Below, one piece after another: positions 58,172 to 64,000 of a DNA stretch of 64,000 bases. The notes under the pieces were generated by a model. That model ran no database searches, was not told the origin of the DNA, and saw nothing but the letters and a program-made list of their open reading frames with translations. The translations under genes and the position numbers were made by a program. Source of the stretch: Lingula anatina (lineage: Eukaryota; Animalia; Brachiopoda); NCBI GenBank assembly GCA_051362555.1, contig CM120640.1, positions 58,630,788-58,694,787 of the forward strand, read 5' to 3'. Each line of letters starts with the position of its first letter. Within the stretch, counting starts at the first letter, position 1.

Positions 58172-60332
58172 TTGTACCACCAGCGTTTGCGCTGGCGGTA
58201 CACATGGTTTTAGTCCCGTCCGGATCGTTCCGCCGGCTCCGCCGGCTACCGTTACCGCTTCTCCTCCTAGACGGTAAGGGCCTCCGTACCCATCTCTTAG
58301 ATTTAGGTCACCTATAATCTCAACTCGTTCCAAGTAAAATTTGGGCTTTGTCGGTATTGGGGTCTAGGTGTGGCACTCATTGCAATGCACCCTTGTCCAA
58401 AAATGGCAAAATTAAATGCTAATTATCTTCTCTACGGAAGGAATTATGGGAAAAATTTCTACAGAGGGCTTTCCAAAAGTCATATGTGTAGATTTCAAAT
58501 ATGCCCTTGGATTTGACCTTTGACCTTTATTTCAAGGTCAAACGGGCCAAAATTTTCAAAAAGACGAAATTTTTCACAAAAAAAAAATTATTTGCCATGT
58601 TATTCAGACACCACACAGACTTAACCAATAATATTATTGGAAAGTGTTACCCATTGGGTCATCTTTCATCTCCATGAATTTGGGGTCAATAGGTGCATTT
58701 TCACGGGAGTAGCGGCCATAAGATACCGAAACTGAAAACTGTCTCTAATTCGGGAACCGTTAATGCTAGAGACCCATTCTTTTTTGCATTTTGTAGAGCA
58801 TGTAAAGCCCAACACTGGAAGTGGTCTCTGTTTTTTTGTATTCCATACGGTTTTCGAGTTACGCTGTATCAAAAAGTACATATTGGTGATGAAAGCAAAA
58901 TGTGCAGTACGGTAATGGATAATAAATTTTGAACTCCCGAAAAATAAAACATAAGGCTTGGTGAGGCAGACAACTTGTGATCAAAAATGACATTATTTCA
59001 TCAAATTTGAACATCTGGAACTTCAGAGCACCTCCCATTTCAAGAATTTTGACCAAAATGACCTTTTCTTTATTTTAATTAATTTTTTCTGTAGGAAATT
59101 TATGGCACATTATTGTAACTCCAAAATTATAACATTTAGTCCCTTATATCTCCAAAACTGGCAGAGATAGGTCCATAGTTACTATTGAAGTTGAATAGGA
59201 AATCATCATATACTGGCAATCTAAATGTGACCTTGAAATTGACCTTTGACCTACTTTTCATCATGAATTGAACTTTGCAAATTTTGGTTCCCTTTTATCT
59301 CCAAAACTGGCAGAGATGGGTCCATAGTTACTATTGAACTTGAATAGGAAGTCATATACTGGCAATCTAAATGTGACCTTGAAATTAACCATTGACCTAC
59401 TTTACACCATAAACTGAACTTTTCGACTTTTTAATGCTTTTATTTTCAAAACTGGCAGAGATACGCCCATAGTTACTATTGAATTTGAATAGAAAGTCAT
59501 ACGAGGCAATTTACTGTGACCTTGAAATTGACCTTTGACCTTTTAACCATGAACTGAACTTCGCAAATTTTGTTCCCTTTTTTCCAAAACTAGCAGAGAT
59601 AGGTCCATAGTTACTATTGAACTTGAATAGGAAGTCATATACTGGCAATCTAAATGTGACCTTGAAATTGACCTTTGACCTACTTTTCATCATGAATTGA
59701 ACTTTGCAAATTTCCGTTCCCTTTTATCCCCAAAACTGGCAGAGATGGGTCCATAGTTACTATTGAACTAGAATATGAAGTCATAAGAGGCAATTTACTG
59801 TGACCTTAAAATTGACCTTTGACCTACTTTTTACCATGAACTTAACTTTGCAAATTTTGGTTCCCTTTTATCTCCAAAACTGGCAAAGATACGCCCACAG
59901 TTACTATTGAATTTGAATAGGAAGTCATATACTGGCAATCTAAGTGTGACCTTGAAATTGACCTTTGACATACTTTTTATCATGAATTGAAGTTTACAAA
60001 TTTTGGTTCCCTTTTATCTCCAAAACTGGCAGAGATAGGTCCATAGTTGCTATTGAACTTGAATAGGAAGTCATATACTGGAAATTTACTGTGACCTTGA
60101 AATTGACCTTTGACCTACCTTACTATGAACTGAACATTGATTGTACCATTTTTAGTTATTAATTTTTTTGCATATTTTGAGAATTCTTGTTGATTGCATT
60201 TTTTACAGCTTGTCAAGCAATAGACTGGTGGTGGTGTCCCTTTTTTGTGTGTGGGGGGGTCTATACGATCGCGCTTACTCCAGCTGGTGGTACAATATTC
60301 GGAGGCGGTATCGCCTCTCTGATCCTCTAGTT
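58172..60332 (+). mobile_element. HINE family 1 full-length copy (~7 satellite monomers)
   Basis: Near-identical to 45026-46020 over the first ~1 kb, including the passenger MITE. Monomers run ~59146-60130 and the element ends in CTAGTT. Confidence 0.85.
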
Positions 60333-60792
60333 ACAAATATATTTTTATGAATATTTTTATATGAAAAGGTGAAGTTTTATGTTTAAGGTTAGATATTGTT
60401 TTTGAATTGTTATGATGGTTAAAATGCAAGATTAGTTCATCGAAAATCTGTTTAAAAGATATTTTCCTGATATTCAAAATCCTGCAAACATTCCAAATTA
60501 TCAAAAAAAATTCTAGAAAAGGCAAGTCTCATCACAGCTAATACCCAGTGAACAGAATTAAAAAAATTAAAGCATTTAGTTTATTTCAAAAATTGCGAAG
60601 ATGTAATGATATTCATCAAAGTCATCGTTTACTGGCACATGCATATGTTTATGTTAAAATGAAGCGATGGGAATGGCTTTTTTTCTGTAAAGTGTCTGTA
60701 TATTTGACCACTTTGCTGTGTAATATCAAACTTAGCCTAATGGTTTATACTTGAAAGATACAGAAAAATATTGTGCAGCAATTTAAGACTTG

Positions 60793-61051
60793 GGCTTCGT
60801 TCACATGCAATGTCTATTTTCTAAATTCTATTTTCTATTTGCGGTATGTCTTATGATCACGGTCTGTGCCCTGAATATCCCGCGGCGTAATTACTGGCAG
60901 CGCGAGCCAGTTACTTATAGTAACTCAAAGTAACTGGCTCGCGCTGCCAGTAATTACGCAGCGGGATATTCAGGGCACAGACTGTGATCATAAGACATAC
61001 CGCAAATAGAAAATAGAATTTAGAAAATAGACATTGCATGTGAATGAAGCC
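60793..61051. mobile_element. Fold-back (almost fully palindromic) PIF/Harbinger-like MITE
   Basis: About 123-bp arms with few mismatches (GGCTTCGTTCACATGCAATG... / ...CATTGCATGTGAATGAAGCC), a ~10-nt loop, and ttg/tta flanks. Confidence 0.8.
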
Positions 61052-62243
61052 TTAATCTAGGAGTAATTTCATATAAGCTGATAAACAAGTAAGAAACAAG
61101 AATAAGTAGCAGCTTCATATAACTATGAATTTACTTAGTTATTTTTTACATTCTACATCTCATACTTCTCTAGCATATACACAAGAACAGTTCCCACAAC
61201 ATTTTTTTACTGTGACATATAATATATTGATACCTTATAACAGTTCTTCAAGCAAATACATTAAAGTTACACAAAATATAGTGAACATCAAATATAGTTT
61301 TGCAGTGCTAGTTTTATATTCTGTGATTTGTCATTCTTTAACAAAATTTATTAAAACACATAACTGATGTCCATTTTCACCAGAACATATTGTATTATTT
61401 ATCTTATACTGACTATAGTCAATACCTTTGTTGTCAACTCTCACAATGTTACACTCTTTTAATACAAAATATAATAGTTTGAACATTTATCTGAATCGGA
61501 ATGCTACTCCATTAAAGTAAACGTGTTGCTTAAATTCTTCAACCAGTCTTTGTATGGCATAATATATTTGTTATGTCATTACCAAGATTTATATTTAATC
61601 TTCACTCCACAGAGATAAGTCAGACTCCATTATCTCTAAGTACACAGATATCAGAGCAATTAATTTTACATTATGGATGAAAAATATCTGATCATAGGCA
61701 CCTTAATAAATGATTATAAGTCATGCACAAACAATGAGGAAAGCACTTTTTCTATGCAACAACATCTGGAATAAGTTGCCATATTGAATTTGAAATTGTT
61801 TAAAATTTCTAGGACTTCTTCCAGGTGGATATTTAGAAAAACCTTGACATCACAACATGGAGGTTTTTAATATAATGAATAACTAGACACAACCACATCT
61901 AATGACAAGCTTAACTGTTTCAGCTAGTTATATTAACTTACACAGAGTTTTAAGTATTGTGAATATTAAAATACATAAATATTATCAAAATGTCTGTTTT
62001 TATAATTAGAAGACTTTATAACAAATACATCTGTAGTTTTCATCTAATGTTGCTATTTGTTGTTGAAAAGTTTTAAAACTTGATGATGTGAAAGAAATTT
62101 CCTGAGCCAAATTTCAGTTTGCTAATTCAGAGCAAGAGATTAGTTTTGTTGTTTATTCTTTCTTTCAGAAAAAGACTTAATTTACATTTAAGTTATGGTT
62201 TGTGAATTGATACTATAAATCACTTATGCAGCACTAAAAACTT

Positions 62244-62991
62244 TTAGACTGAGGAAATTGGATTCTCAGTAAAGGTGTATGTATAACCTCTTTTCTTTTT
62301 CTCACATGCACAAGATTCCAAAAATATTCTTTGAAATTTACTACTTATAATGCTGTAAAGCATAAAATTCACACTGGCATTTGTATTAACCAGCAAATTA
62401 CTGATGTATTTAAGGCCCATGTTTAAATGATGCTGTGGTCCAGTATCAAAAGCATACGTTCTGCCATAGACGAGACATAAGATATTTAAGTAAATTGCCA
62501 GTGACCGAGAGAGTAAAAACATGGCAATGATTGCTATTACAACCAGAGTAACATGTTGGGTGTCTTTATCTTTTTTGCGTTTGGCCATTTGAACTTTGTA
62601 CTGCCAGGAAAGAGACCTGCGGACATGCCTGTGCCTCATCAGGTGGTAGATGAGTAATGCATTGAAGATGAAGAGCAAAATGAAAGGGATAAAAGCAGCT
62701 ACCAGAGTATCCATGTAAAATATATATTGATTATAAGTATCATCTTTGCCCAGGGTGGTCATCAACATGAGTGGCCCATTCGGTGCTGCCGAGTTTGGTG
62801 TGAATTCGAAAAAGTTTGTTATGTACAGAGCACTTGAAACTAGAAAAATCCCTGCTGTTATCCACCGTGCTCTTGGTACTGTGCAGATCTGCCCCACATT
62901 CAGTGGCCGTTTAATGACAATGAATCTTTCTACCGCCACAGCTATGGTCAACCAGCCTGTGCATGTGATGCACATGTTAGAGATCCCATAT
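62244..62991 (-). CDS. Class A (rhodopsin) peptide GPCR, FMRFamide/sex-peptide-receptor-like, terminal exon (TM3-TM7)
   Basis: Acceptor tttcag| at 62992. Translation includes YGISNMCITCTGWLTIAVAVERFIVIKRPL (ERF as DRY variant), FIPFILLFIFNALLI (TM5), VTLVVIAIIAMFLLS (TM6) and NASVNFMLY (NFxxY TM7 typical of this subgroup). Upstream exons were not found in the window. Confidence 0.88.
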
Positions 62992-63046
62992 CTGAAAGTG
63001 CAAGACAGGACATCTTTATCTGATTATACAATGGGTTTTAACTTAA

Positions 63047-63165
63047 AGGGATAACAACTGTTCATTTTGACCAAAAAAAGAATTCTCCTGGGGTAAACAA
63101 CAATTTTCCCATGCTTACCAATGGTTAATAAATCCATTTTTACATTCAAATTTAGTCTCTGTTTT
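63047..63165 (+). mobile_element. Partial Kolobok-like MITE (same family as 130-466)
   Basis: TTAA|AGGGATAACAACT...caattttcccatgcttaccaatggttaataaatccatttttacattcaaa aligns with 130-245. Confidence 0.7.
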
Positions 63166-64000
63166 TTTTAATGACAATGAGTATGATTAAACAAAAGCAG
63201 TAGTTGTCTGATTTTACTGATATATCCTTATATTTCACTTTATTTTATTTTATAATATTTTTTTTTTTTTCGTTGTAAAGCACAGTAAAAGTGTCCGTTA
63301 GATAAGGCTGTAGGGATGTTGCATCCTGTCTCTGGTTATTGCATTACAGATAAACCATCAGGAAACCATGAATATTAGCAGTGGGATTCAACCAGAACTG
63401 TTTCAGTCCATTATACAATTACGTAGCAGCTAATAACTGAAGGGCGTGTTAAGAATAATGAGAGGTGAAAAGAGGGAAGGCAATTACTCGCAGTAATATG
63501 CTCAACTTTTTTTTGCAAAGCCAAAAATCAAATATATTTTATACATTTTTCACATAAATGAAAAAACTAGGGAGTGAATGAAAAAATAACTAGTAACAGG
63601 TCATCTGTCTTTAATTGCCTAATTTTCTATAAAATTATTTTTTGATTCACAGTAGAGAATATCATATATGTAAATGAAATGAGGTGACCCTTTATTGAGG
63701 GACTACATAATAGATGGGTGCAATCAAACTTAAAACTTGAAATGTTCTTTAAGTTAACCTTACCTTATGTTTAAAACCCAAATCTAAAATTAAATTTATC
63801 ATGACTTTAAAAGAATGGTAGAGAATGAGTTTTATAATGTTATAATATAAGCTATTTACATTGTTTATCTCCAAGTATTTTGAGGAGATAAGATTTCTGT
63901 AACACCAGTCAACATCCTGTTTATGTCCGTTTTTATATCCAATATGATTGCAAAAAGGTGTTAAAAATAAAACCCCTTTTGCCAAATTTATGACATTTTC

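Overview
AT-rich, intron-rich animal (invertebrate, probably lophotrochozoan/mollusc-like; inferred, not established) genomic window. I reconstructed five spliced protein-coding genes by eye with phase-consistent GT-AG junctions. They are a divergent mitochondrial ATP synthase subunit b (ATP5PB-like, minus, runs off the left edge), JNK-interacting protein 1 (JIP1/MAPK8IP1-like, plus, SH3+PTB, complete), TMEM9-like (minus, complete), WDR77/MEP50 (plus, final exon not found) and the 3' exon of a rhodopsin-family peptide GPCR (minus). The first four form two tight head-to-head pairs, and the outer pair ATP5PB/WDR77 are head-to-head neighbours in human. Introns and the right half are filled with non-autonomous DNA transposons: Kolobok-like, hAT-like with unusual 5- and 7-bp TSDs, PIF/Harbinger-like, Tc1/mariner-like, piggyBac-like, a Penelope GIY-YIG relic and three Helentron/HINE-like families. 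One HINE family carries a 146-bp satellite with an emerging ABC higher-order repeat and nuclear-receptor DR1 motifs. The best candidates for something new are a Numb-like basic/hydrophobic cassette exon inside the JIP1 PTB domain, a multi-level transposon nest with an empty-site control in the same window, and Helentron-driven satellite and passenger amplification. All family assignments rest on recalled motifs; no database search was run.
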